Shown piece by piece: positions 48,535 through 57,201 of a stretch of DNA of 64,000 bases. Within the stretch, counting starts at the first letter, position 1. Each line of letters starts with the position of its first letter. The translations under genes and the position numbers were made by a program. This stretch comes from a virus: the IMG/VR virus record IMGVR_UViG_3300044807_000022, positions 1 through 64,000 of that record, one strand, 5' to 3'. The notes under the pieces are model-generated. The model made no database searches. It was not told the DNA's origin and saw nothing but the letters and a program-made list of their open reading frames with translations.

Positions 48535-49349
48535 TGGTCAGCGGAGACGTGATCGGTGGAGTGATCGACAACGGCGAGTACGCGGCGCTCGACGCGTTCG
48601 CTGATTCGTGGCGCAGGACGCAGGGCTCCTCCACGGTGCCGCCGATGGTCTGGGACGTGGGAGCGAACGTGGGCGACTACTCGCTCGCCGTGCTGCGCCG
48701 CTTGCCGAGCGCGCACATCATCGCGTTCGAGCCGCAGTCCGGGGCCTACGGCACGCTCGCGAGAACGTTCGCTGAGGCGCGCAACGTGCGCTGCAACAAC
48801 GTCGGACTGTCGTCGCACGATCACCCCGGCCTGCTCTACAAGACAACCCACCCGGCGTGCTACCTCGCCTCCACGGTGGCGCAGTCGGGGGAGCGCCTGG
48901 GCGTGAGCATCGACACGACCGAGGAGGCGCAGTTCTTCGCGGGCGAGCACATGATGGGCCTGGAGCAGATCGACTACATCGACTGGCTCAAGATCGACAC
49001 CGAGGGCCATGAGCTTGAAGTGCTCAGGGGCTTTGGCGACAAGCTCGTCCACGACGTGAAGGTGGTCCAGTTCGAGTACAACCTGGCCGCCGTCGAGCGG
49101 GGCGTGCGCTTCCTGGACCTGTGGAACATGGTCTGCCCGATGTTCGAGGTCTACCGGCTGGACGAGGACGGCACCGTCACCTACCTGCCCGAGTACGACG
49201 CGGCGCAGGAGGGCGACGAGGGTGGTTCGCAGCGCAACTACCTGGGCGTCCACATCGAGTGCGAGTGGTTCGCCTTCGAGAAGGACCGTCCGGTCGGAAC
49301 GGCAGACTGTCGTCCGGAGTTCGAGCGAGACACTGGAGAAGCGGCATGA
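48534..49349 (+). CDS. FkbM-family methyltransferase
   Basis: DVGANVG, AFEP, LKIDTEG-x-E-x-x-VL-x-G, QFEY. Confidence 0.92.
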   Translation: MVSGDVIGGVIDNGEYAALDAFADSWRRTQGSSTVPPMVWDVGANVGDYSLAVLRRLPSAHIIAFEPQSGAYGTLARTFAEARNVRCNNVGLSSHDHPGLLYKTTHPACYLASTVAQSGERLGVSIDTTEEAQFFAGEHMMGLEQIDYIDWLKIDTEGHELEVLRGFGDKLVHDVKVVQFEYNLAAVERGVRFLDLWNMVCPMFEVYRLDEDGTVTYLPEYDAAQEGDEGGSQRNYLGVHIECEWFAFEKDRPVGTADCRPEFERDTGEAA

Positions 49350-49483
49350 CGATCATCTGGTTCGGTCGGTGGTGGTGGGCGCGGCTCGGCCCGTTCACGT
49401 TCCATCGGCACTACACGCCCTTCAGGATCAAGGGCCAGCGCCGCTGGACGCCGTTCGTCACGATCAGGTGGGCCGGGCCGTGA
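49346..49483 (+). CDS. 45-aa Trp/Arg-rich peptide
   Basis: ATGA and GTGA overlaps; GGAG RBS. Confidence 0.55.
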   Translation: MTIIWFGRWWWARLGPFTFHRHYTPFRIKGQRRWTPFVTIRWAGP

Positions 49484-50283
49484 GGTACCTGTCCGTCGCG
49501 GCGATCTTCAAGAACGAAGCGCCCTACCTGCGCGAGTGGATCGAGTTCCACCGCATGGTCGGGGTCGAGCACTTCTACCTGTACGACAACGGGTCCACGG
49601 ACAACCCCGTGCTGGAGCTTCGCGAGTACATCATGGAGAACGTCGTCACGCTGCGCCCGTGGCCGGGCAAGGTCGCGCAGAAGTCCGCCTACGAGGCGGC
49701 GCTGTCGCAAAGTCGTGACGCCAGTCGGTGGCTCGCGTTCATCGACCTGGACGAGTACCTGTGGAGCCCGGTCGAGGTACACCCGTTCGGGTGGATGCCG
49801 CTCCCGGAGGTCCTGGCGAGCTACGAAGATCACCCGGCGGTCGTCGCCAACTGGTGCGTGTTCGGCCCGAGCGGGAACGAGACCAAGCCCGAGGACCTGG
49901 TGATCGACGCCTACTGCGGTCGAGTGCCGGACGACGACCCGATCAACACCCACGTCAAGAGCATCGTCAACCCCCGTGAGGTCCTGGGCTACACGGACCC
50001 GCACTCGTTCACCTACTCGCGCGGCGTGGCGGTGAACGAGGAGCACTACCCGGTGATGGGGCCGCTGACCGACTACGTGTCGTTCGACGTGCTGCGGGTG
50101 AACCACTACTTCACGAAGTCGCGCGAGGAGGCCGAGGCCAAGTGGGGCAGGGGTCGCGCCGATACGGGCACGACGCGCGACTGGTCCGAGTTCGAGGCGC
50201 TGGCCGCTACCGCCACGGTGCGCGACCTTGACCTGTCGAACGCGTGGGGGGAGCCGCTACGCGAGAGGCTGGGCCGGACGTGA
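49480..50283 (+). CDS. Glycosyltransferase, GT92/DUF23-like (GT-A)
   Basis: IFKNEAPYLREWIEFH...GVEHFYLYDNGSTD, FIDLDEY, KSIV, NHYFTKS. Confidence 0.9.
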   Translation: MRYLSVAAIFKNEAPYLREWIEFHRMVGVEHFYLYDNGSTDNPVLELREYIMENVVTLRPWPGKVAQKSAYEAALSQSRDASRWLAFIDLDEYLWSPVEVHPFGWMPLPEVLASYEDHPAVVANWCVFGPSGNETKPEDLVIDAYCGRVPDDDPINTHVKSIVNPREVLGYTDPHSFTYSRGVAVNEEHYPVMGPLTDYVSFDVLRVNHYFTKSREEAEAKWGRGRADTGTTRDWSEFEALAATATVRDLDLSNAWGEPLRERLGRT

Positions 50284-50423
50284 GCACCACGCCGACACCC
50301 CCGCCCCCGCCTACGCCGCCGTACGACCTGTGGCTCCAGTATCAGGCCACCGCCATCGACCACTGCCTGAAGCTCGGCGGGGTGGTCATCGACCCGTCAC
50401 CGAAAGCGGGGTTCGCGAAGTGA
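50280..50423 (+). CDS. Small hypothetical protein
   Basis: GTGA overlaps on both sides. Confidence 0.5.
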   Translation: MSTTPTPPPPPTPPYDLWLQYQATAIDHCLKLGGVVIDPSPKAGFAK

Positions 50424-50692
50424 GTTCCGAGGCGAAGAACCTGGCGGTCATCACGGCCGCCGTCAGGCAGCACAACGCGACGTGCGCGTATCCCGCAACT
50501 GCCGTCAGGATGAACCCCTTCGAGGTCGAGCGCCTGGGCTGGGACGAGATTCTGGGCGTGCCCATCGAGCCTGACCCGAGCATGGGCAGCGCGCAGTTCC
50601 GGATCGACTGCGGCAAGCCGACCGGCGCTCCCTCCGAGGAGGAGGAGGCCACGGTCGCCAACCCGATCCGTGCGGAGCCGGTGTTCGCATGA
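50420..50692 (+). CDS. Hypothetical protein
   Basis: Overlapping operon position. Confidence 0.6.
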   Translation: MSSEAKNLAVITAAVRQHNATCAYPATAVRMNPFEVERLGWDEILGVPIEPDPSMGSAQFRIDCGKPTGAPSEEEEATVANPIRAEPVFA

Positions 50693-50844
50693 GGCTCGAC
50701 AGGGTGGCCGCACTGGCGCACATCGCCTACTCGCACATCTACGGGCGCATCCCCGTGGCGGGCAAGCGCGAACAGACGAGGCTCAACGCGGCGCTCGCGG
50801 TGTGGCGCGCGCGTGAGCGGCGGCGGGGCAGGCAACCGGCGTGA
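50689..50844 (+). CDS. Small hypothetical protein
   Basis: ATGA and GTGA overlaps. Confidence 0.5.
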   Translation: MRLDRVAALAHIAYSHIYGRIPVAGKREQTRLNAALAVWRARERRRGRQPA

Positions 50845-51335
50845 CCCGCGAACAGGCCATCGGGTACCTGGCGGGCATCATCGACGGTGAGGGGTCCGTC
50901 TGCGGTGGGAGCAACCGGCACGTAGCCATTGCGAACACCGACCGGGCGATCATCGACGCCACCGTGACCGCCTGCGAGGCGGTGGGGATCGAGCCGCGCG
51001 TCAACGGGCCGTACCAACCCCGGTCGAGGAAGAAGTGGAGCGAGTTCTGGGTCGTCGTCATCCGGGGGCCAGCGAACCTCCAACTGGCGTCGGAGCTTCC
51101 CCTGGCGGCCACGAAGAAGCGTGAGGCGCTGATTGAACTCGCCACGTTCCCGTGCCGTCGCTACACGCGCACCAGCGAAATCCCGGCAGAGGAGCTACGC
51201 GCGCTCTACGAGGGCCGACGCCTCACGCAGGGTGAAGTCGCTGCGGAAATGGGCGTTGCCAAGAGCACTGTCGAGCGCTGGATGCAGAAGGCGGGCATCC
51301 CGTGCCGTCCGAGGGGGCCACGATGCGCCCGCTGA
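50841..51335 (+). CDS. Single-motif LAGLIDADG endonuclease-like protein with C-terminal HTH
   Basis: YLAGIIDGEGS; LTQGEVAAEMGV-x-x-STV-x-RW. Confidence 0.85.
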   Translation: MTREQAIGYLAGIIDGEGSVCGGSNRHVAIANTDRAIIDATVTACEAVGIEPRVNGPYQPRSRKKWSEFWVVVIRGPANLQLASELPLAATKKREALIELATFPCRRYTRTSEIPAEELRALYEGRRLTQGEVAAEMGVAKSTVERWMQKAGIPCRPRGPRCAR

Positions 51336-52120
51336 TCGTGGTCCCGACGTATATCAATGCGCCGCAGGACCTCGCGGTGGTGATGGACTGCCTGAAGTCG
51401 GCCAACCGTACGGCTGGGGAGGACGCGGACGTGCTCGTGGTCGATGACTGCTCGCCGCGCCAAGACCTCGTGGATGCGCTCGACGGCGCGAAGTCGAGGC
51501 TGGAGTTCGAGCTTCACCGCAAGGACGAGAACACGGGCTTCTCGAAGACGGTGAACGTCGGGCTGCGCCGGGCTCTCGATGAAGGGCGTGACGCCATCCT
51601 CGCGAACGCCGATCTGGAGTTCATAGATCGTGGCTGGGTGCCACTGATGCAGCGACAGCAGACCTCCGACGAGGACGGCACTCTCGCGTACGTAGTCGGC
51701 GCGCTGCTGCTCTACCCGAACGGGCTGATCCAGCACGCGGGCGACTACTTCTCGTTCCTCGACCGGGTGTTCTCGCACTGGCTCCAGTACGGGCCGCAGG
51801 ACCTACCCGAGGCGCAGCGTGCGCAGCCGAGTCTCGTGACGGGGGCGCTCCAGTTCATCCGCCACGAATGCCTGACGACAGTCGGGCTGTACGACGAGCA
51901 GTTCAAGCTCGGCTACGAGGACGTGGACTACTGCATCCGCGTGTTCAACGCCGGGCAGGAGTGCGTGTACCAGCCGCACGTCCGGGCCTATCACTTCGAG
52001 TCGATGTTCCGAGGTCGCAAGAGCGACAAAATCATCGCGTGGGAGACTGAAAGCTGGGTCTACTTTATGACCAAGTGGCGCAACCAGTCCTTCGCGCGGT
52101 TCATTCCAAGGATCGTATGA
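51323..52120 (+). CDS. Glycosyltransferase family 2
   Basis: IVVPTY, VVDDCS, N-x-GF-x-x-x-VN-x-G, NAD, GYEDVDYC-x-R. Confidence 0.92.
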   Translation: MRPLIVVPTYINAPQDLAVVMDCLKSANRTAGEDADVLVVDDCSPRQDLVDALDGAKSRLEFELHRKDENTGFSKTVNVGLRRALDEGRDAILANADLEFIDRGWVPLMQRQQTSDEDGTLAYVVGALLLYPNGLIQHAGDYFSFLDRVFSHWLQYGPQDLPEAQRAQPSLVTGALQFIRHECLTTVGLYDEQFKLGYEDVDYCIRVFNAGQECVYQPHVRAYHFESMFRGRKSDKIIAWETESWVYFMTKWRNQSFARFIPRIV

Positions 52121-52623
52121 ACGACGACCGTCACGAAGTAGGTCCCGCCGCGTTCTCCCCCGACCGCCTGTACCGCTACATGCTCACGCGGGAGTGGGAC
52201 AAGGCGGCCCCTCGCCTGATGGTGGTGGGCCTCAACCCGAGCACCGCCGACGAGCACTCGCTGGACCCGACGCTGCGGCGCGTGCGCGAGTTCGCCAAGC
52301 GCTGGGGCATGGGCGGGTTCGTAATGACGAATCTGTTCGCCTTCAGGGCGACCAAGCCCAAGGACATGATGGCCGCCGCCAATCCGGTCGGCCCCATGAA
52401 CGACCAATGGCTAGAGCACCTGGCGAAGGATTCGGGCCTGGTCCTCGCCGCCTGGGGTGCGCACGGCGGCTTCCTCGACCGCGACAAGCGCGTGCTCGAA
52501 CTCCTGACGACCGTTAGAGGTTCACCGCCGCTCTGTCTGGGGACGACAGCGAAGGGCTTCCCCCGCCACCCGCTCTACCTCAAGAGCGACACCGATCCGA
52601 TCCCGTACCTGGGCCGACTGTGA
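52117..52623 (+). CDS. DUF1643-family protein
   Basis: YRY-x-L-x-R-x-W, LNPSTAD...DPT, NLFAFRAT-x-P, AAWG, PRHPLY. Confidence 0.9.
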   Translation: MNDDRHEVGPAAFSPDRLYRYMLTREWDKAAPRLMVVGLNPSTADEHSLDPTLRRVREFAKRWGMGGFVMTNLFAFRATKPKDMMAAANPVGPMNDQWLEHLAKDSGLVLAAWGAHGGFLDRDKRVLELLTTVRGSPPLCLGTTAKGFPRHPLYLKSDTDPIPYLGRL

Positions 52624-53645
52624 AGGCGCTGTTCGTCGGCAAGGGCAAGGCGCGCACGGCGTGGTACCGCTGCTACCTGCCTGCGATCTACATGGGGGCC
52701 GACTGGTCGGGCCTCGAAGGCGTGCCGCCGAACGAGGTACACGTCACCGGGCAGGTGGGCGACAACACGCAGCGGCCCAATATGTTCGACTACGACGTGG
52801 TGGTCATCCAGCAACCGGCCGATCAGGCGTGGCTCGACCACATCAAGAGGCTGCGGGCCGCTGGTGTGAAAGTGCTAGTGGAGATAGACGATTACGTCCA
52901 CGGCATCCCGAGGAAGAAGGACCACGACTTCCGCGAGCACTTCACCCCCGAGTACCTGCGTGGGCTCGAACGCTGCATGCGCGCCGCCGATGGGCTCATC
53001 TGCTCCACCGAGTACCTGGCGAAGCGCTACCGACAGTTCAACGATCAGGTCTGGGTCTGCCTCAACTGCCTCGACATAGCTCGCTACCGACTGACCCGCC
53101 CGCCGCGTTCGACGGTGAACATCGGGTGGGCCGGTGCGACGGCGCACGCCGAGGCGGTGATGGGCTGGCTGCAAGCCGTCGCCAACGTCATGTTCGCGAA
53201 GGACAACACGTGCTTCGTGTCCATCGGCCAGCCGTTCGCGGAGCCGTTCAAGGAGCACTTCCTGGACCGGGCCATCAGCATCCCCTTCACGATGCTGGAG
53301 ACCTACCCGGCCGCCATGACGATGTTCGACATAGCGCTCGCGCCTGCGGGTCGTGGCTCGTTCTACCGAGGCAAGTCCGACCTGCGCTGGCTGGAGGCGG
53401 GCGCGCTCGGCATCCCGCTCATTGCGAGCCCCAAGGTCTACCCGATGATCGAGCACGGCGTGACGGGTTTCCATGCGTCGTCCGCCCAGGAGGTCGAGGA
53501 GGTCTTGTTCGACCTGGTGGCCGACGAGGAAAAGCGAACGAGAGTCGGAGAATCCGTCAAGCGCTACGTGCTGGAGGAACGCTCGATGGAGGTCGGCGTG
53601 GCGCAGTGGCAAGCGGCGCTGGGGGAAGTTGTCGCAGCATCGTAA
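52620..53645 (+). CDS. Glycosyltransferase, GT-B (GT4-like)
   Basis: WYRC-x-x-P, EIDD, ST-x-x-LA, IGWAG, DIALAP, KS-x-L-x-x-LE-x-x-A-x-G-x-P-x-IAS. Confidence 0.88.
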   Translation: MKALFVGKGKARTAWYRCYLPAIYMGADWSGLEGVPPNEVHVTGQVGDNTQRPNMFDYDVVVIQQPADQAWLDHIKRLRAAGVKVLVEIDDYVHGIPRKKDHDFREHFTPEYLRGLERCMRAADGLICSTEYLAKRYRQFNDQVWVCLNCLDIARYRLTRPPRSTVNIGWAGATAHAEAVMGWLQAVANVMFAKDNTCFVSIGQPFAEPFKEHFLDRAISIPFTMLETYPAAMTMFDIALAPAGRGSFYRGKSDLRWLEAGALGIPLIASPKVYPMIEHGVTGFHASSAQEVEEVLFDLVADEEKRTRVGESVKRYVLEERSMEVGVAQWQAALGEVVAAS

Positions 53646-54105
53646 ATTAGGGGTAGCGAGCAACCGCGAAACGGGGGTCGGAATGCTGGCAAGGCTGAGG
53701 ACGGTGGCAGGGCACACGCTCTGGCTCCTGGACTACCACACGACGGTCATCCGCCGGAACGCCAAGGCTCGGGGCGCATGAGGGCCTGTGCGGGCTCCTG
53801 TGGCGTCCTGAGCGCCGAGGCGGCCCATGTGAGGGAAGTCGCCGCCCACCACGGCCGCGAGGCGCTGAGGGCGCTCCTGCTGGGCCGTGTGCGGGTGCTC
53901 GCCACGCTGCCGGTCCGAGTCGCCTTCTCCCTGGTCGCCGGGGTCCCGGAGCACTTCACCTATGAAAGCACCACTACACCCCGTTAGCACCTGCGCGGTG
54001 AACCCGCACCTGGCCCCCGGTCACTGTGGGTGTTACGACTGCGGCAAGAAGCTCGTCGCCGCCTACGCCCCGCACGTTCTCAAGCGCTAACGGCCGTCGC
54101 GCGAT

Positions 54106-54128
54106 CCGTCCGGTCGGGGGCTTAGCGT
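54106..54128 (+). promoter_or_regulatory. Class I promoter of the sigma gene
   Basis: CCGTCCG-N10-TAGCGT, 8 nt before ATG. Confidence 0.6.
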
Positions 54129-54136
54129 CCTCGACC

Positions 54137-54763
54137 ATGGTGAAGTCAACAGGGACGGTCACGGATCAGCAGATCGCGGCGTACGAGGGGCTGGTCTGCT
54201 CCACCACGGAGCTTCACGTCGCCACGGTGAACATCGAGCGCGACGACCTGCGGCAACTGTTCCGCATCAAGGTCTGGCAGGCGCTCCGGAGCTACAACCC
54301 GACGCGCTCGAACATGAAGGAGAAGGATTACGTCTTCTCCTGTGTCTTCAACCTCGCCAAGGACCTGCACCGGGGCACGAAGTACAAGCCACGCCCGGAG
54401 AGCTACATCGAGGACCTGGCACCGGCTCGCGACAGCGGCGGCGTCGAGCGCTCGGGCCGCGACCGCTGGGAAGCGGAGCATGGGTTGGCCGTCGAGCGGG
54501 ACACGATCTTCTCGGAGGTCGAGGTCGAGAAAGTCCCGATTCCAAACACACTTTCCAAGGTCGAGGCCCAGGTCGTGTGCTTGCTCTACTCCGACTACCG
54601 GCAGGGTGAGATTGCTCGTCGCCTCGGACTCTCGAAGCGCGAAATGGAAGGGGCCATGCGCGGCATCAAGACGAAGTTGGCCGACTTCAAGCCAGGCGAC
54701 GGCGCGCAGATCGTCACCCTGCCCATCCCGGAACAGCAGGAGCAGCAGGCGGTCGCGGCCTAG
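54137..54763 (+). CDS. Phage-encoded sigma70-family sigma factor (regions 2 and 4)
   Basis: DDL-x-Q...W-x-A-x-x-x-Y...N-x-x-x-D; LS-x-x-E...EIA-x-x-LG-x-S. Confidence 0.85.
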   Translation: MVKSTGTVTDQQIAAYEGLVCSTTELHVATVNIERDDLRQLFRIKVWQALRSYNPTRSNMKEKDYVFSCVFNLAKDLHRGTKYKPRPESYIEDLAPARDSGGVERSGRDRWEAEHGLAVERDTIFSEVEVEKVPIPNTLSKVEAQVVCLLYSDYRQGEIARRLGLSKREMEGAMRGIKTKLADFKPGDGAQIVTLPIPEQQEQQAVAA

Positions 54764-55065
54764 CGCGTGTACGCCGCGCCAAGCTCCGCGACGATGACCT
54801 CGGGGAGCGTGTCGCGGATGCCGTCGAGCACGTTGCGCGAGCGCTCGTAAAGCTCGTCCTCGCTGAGGTTCCCGGCCTTCCAGTCGCGCACGGCGAGCAC
54901 CAGGTAGCAGAGTCGTTCGAGCAGGTCGTCGGACGCCGCCATGTCCTCCAGCAGTTCGCGTGCCTCCTCGGCCGCCTTCTCCGCAGCCTCGACCCGCTCG
55001 CCCAGCGCCTTCATGGCCGGGGCGAAGACGAACTGGCGCTTGACCTCGGGCTTCACTTGGCCCAT
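54760..55065 (-). CDS. Hypothetical protein
   Basis: Last gene of the minus-strand operon; TAG overlaps the sigma gene stop. Confidence 0.65.
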   Translation of the reverse strand: MGQVKPEVKRQFVFAPAMKALGERVEAAEKAAEEARELLEDMAASDDLLERLCYLVLAVRDWKAGNLSEDELYERSRNVLDGIRDTLPEVIVAELGAAYTR

Positions 55066-55730
55066 ACGGAACTCCTGATTACCGTCTGAGGATCAAGGCC
55101 GTCAAGCTCCGAGACAATTTCGGCCACGACGGCGGGGAAGTGCGGCTCGGGCCAGGACCATGCCGGGCTGTCCTCGAACGGTGGCTTGTCGGGCGCGTAC
55201 AGGTAGCCGATCCCCGTGCCCGACCCCGCGTGCCAGAGCGGGTAGAACTCGCCGTCCAGGAACGGGTGCGCGGGGAACGTCAGCGGCTCGGGGGCGAGCC
55301 CGTGGCGCGGGTCCATGCCCTGGTCCATGCTCAGGTCCACGATCCACTCCTCGTTGACGACGAGCACAAGGTGGCCGGGCCAGGAGTCGGCGTTGGTCGG
55401 TATGTCGCCCCAGCCGACCGCGCGGGCGTAGGTGCCGTCCTCGGCCTCCCACGCCTCCCGCTCGGCCCTGGTCTCGGGCAGTAGGAACTTGCCCTCGCGT
55501 TCGGAGCGGTCCTGCGCGGCGCGGTTCCAGACGAGAACCTGACACGGCACCGGGCGCGACGGGATGCCGTAGTGGTCGCAGACCATCTTGGCGATGCGCG
55601 TGCTCGATATGCAGTTGTTCAGCGTGCCGGTGGCGACCTTCAGGATCGGGAATCGCCCAACTGCCGGTAGACCTTCTGCCACGACTTGAGCAAGCACGTG
55701 GCGGGGGAGGAAATGCTCGCGGAGGTCCAT
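55053..55730 (-). CDS. Transglutaminase/papain-like Cys-His-Asp protein (putative)
   Basis: NNCISST...GHLVLVV...WIVDLS. Confidence 0.5.
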   Translation of the reverse strand: MDLREHFLPRHVLAQVVAEGLPAVGRFPILKVATGTLNNCISSTRIAKMVCDHYGIPSRPVPCQVLVWNRAAQDRSEREGKFLLPETRAEREAWEAEDGTYARAVGWGDIPTNADSWPGHLVLVVNEEWIVDLSMDQGMDPRHGLAPEPLTFPAHPFLDGEFYPLWHAGSGTGIGYLYAPDKPPFEDSPAWSWPEPHFPAVVAEIVSELDGLDPQTVIRSSVWAK

Positions 55731-55732
55731 GG

Positions 55733-56101
55733 CTACTGGTGGTGGATCGGGCCGGACTGCGCGCCGCCGCCGCCCTCCAGCAGGCGGGCAAGCTCGGGGT
55801 TCTCGCCCAGCACCGACGCTATCGCGCCGCCGAGCAGGGGCACCGCGCACTCGGGGTGGTGGGGCGCGACGACCATGCCCATCAGCGGCGTGTCCGGGTT
55901 CTTGTCCGGAGAGGACGCTGCGTCGAATACGAGCACCAGGTGGTCCAACTCAAACCCCGCGTCCACCATCGCCTTCTGCGCCGCCGTGATCGCGTTGTCG
56001 ATCCCCAGGATCGCCATGTCCTCGCCCGTGCGCTGGTCCTCGGGCGTCTCGCGGATGCGCTGTATGCGGTCGTCTGTTACGTCGGTCGAGTCCTCGTTCA
56101 T
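55733..56101 (-). CDS. Hypothetical protein
   Basis: GGAGG RBS; overlap with the recombinase gene. Confidence 0.65.
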   Translation of the reverse strand: MNEDSTDVTDDRIQRIRETPEDQRTGEDMAILGIDNAITAAQKAMVDAGFELDHLVLVFDAASSPDKNPDTPLMGMVVAPHHPECAVPLLGGAIASVLGENPELARLLEGGGGAQSGPIHHQ

Positions 56102-57108
56102 GCGGCCTTGGCCTCCTCGCGTGGTGCGGTTGCTCGGTCGAATCGTGCGGCGGCTCGCGCGGACGCCGCCTCCAGGTCATCGCGCACGACCTTCGTGTAG
56201 CACTCGGTCTGCGCGATGCTCGAATGCCCAAGGTACTGCGACACGTACTTGAGGGGCATCCCGGCACGCAGCCACTCGGTCGCGCAGGTGTGCCTGAAGC
56301 GGTGCAGGCTCCAGTCGCCCGCCGTCAGGAGCAGGCCGCCGAACCGCGTCGAGTTCATCGGCCGCAGCGCCCAGCGCGGGTGCAGGCAGAGCCAGGTGAA
56401 GTCGTGCCCCGGCTGAAGCAGGGTGCGCCAGTCGAGCCATGCCTGGAGCGCGGCGCGGGCTCGCGGCTGCATCGGGACCTCGCGGAACTTGGGACGGCCG
56501 TCACCCTTTCGCGTGCCCTCCCGGATGATGGCGTAGCGGTTCAGCGGATGCACGTCCTCGATGGTCGCCGCGTATATCTCCGAGCGCCGCATGCCCTCGT
56601 TCAGCGCGAGCGACACGATGGCGTCGATCTGGAGACGCATGCCGTGCTTCCAGACGCGCCCGTAGCCCGCGTTGCCCTGCTGCCAGCGTCCGATGGTGCT
56701 CTCGGCCGCGTAGGGCCACCGCGCGTTTAGCTCCCGGTAGAAGGCGTCAAGTTCGATGCGCGAGTAGGGCTTGGGGTCCGAGCGCGCGGTGCTCTCTCGC
56801 GGCGGGGCCACGTCGCGGATGCGGAGGAGGCGGTCGCCGTCGATGAGCCGCCGTCGCCACGCCCACGTGTAGAAGGGCATGAGCATGTTGCGGTACTGGC
56901 GGACGGTGTTCGGGCTGAGCGGTCGGTCAAGCGCCGCGCGCAGGAAGGTGGCTACCTCGTCGTGGTCGGCCTCGACCAGTGGGGTCCCACCTAGCGCTGC
57001 CTCGAACTCGCGCAGCACGCGCTCCTGCCGCTGCCGCCGGTCCTCGCTGATCCCGTTGTAGCCGTGGTGGTGCTCGCAGAACTCCGCGATCACGTCCTCG
57101 CCAGCCAT
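56098..57108 (-). CDS. Tyrosine recombinase/integrase (Xer-like)
   Basis: GMRRSE, K, HRFRH, LGH-x-x-x-x-x-T-x-x-Y; start uncertain (57108-57162). Confidence 0.92.
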   Translation of the reverse strand: MAGEDVIAEFCEHHHGYNGISEDRRQRQERVLREFEAALGGTPLVEADHDEVATFLRAALDRPLSPNTVRQYRNMLMPFYTWAWRRRLIDGDRLLRIRDVAPPRESTARSDPKPYSRIELDAFYRELNARWPYAAESTIGRWQQGNAGYGRVWKHGMRLQIDAIVSLALNEGMRRSEIYAATIEDVHPLNRYAIIREGTRKGDGRPKFREVPMQPRARAALQAWLDWRTLLQPGHDFTWLCLHPRWALRPMNSTRFGGLLLTAGDWSLHRFRHTCATEWLRAGMPLKYVSQYLGHSSIAQTECYTKVVRDDLEAASARAAARFDRATAPREEAKAA

Positions 57109-57201
57109 GTTGCCCACCCCCATGCGCGTAGAAGTCCGAAACGAAAACAACGGGCGAGCCACGCTGGCCTACGCGTGACTCGCCCGTGGACGGTAGCCGC
57201 T

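Noticed and set aside
3500-53657. GGGGTAG as a SigF/SigB-type -10 box (3501, 5559, 23669, 26287, 28718, 53650)
   Set aside because: No consistent -35 partner; one copy includes a stop codon and the motif is expected in GC-rich DNA
57110-57201. attP next to the recombinase
   Set aside because: Short gap with no recognisable tRNA-like core or arm repeats; cannot be supported without the host genome
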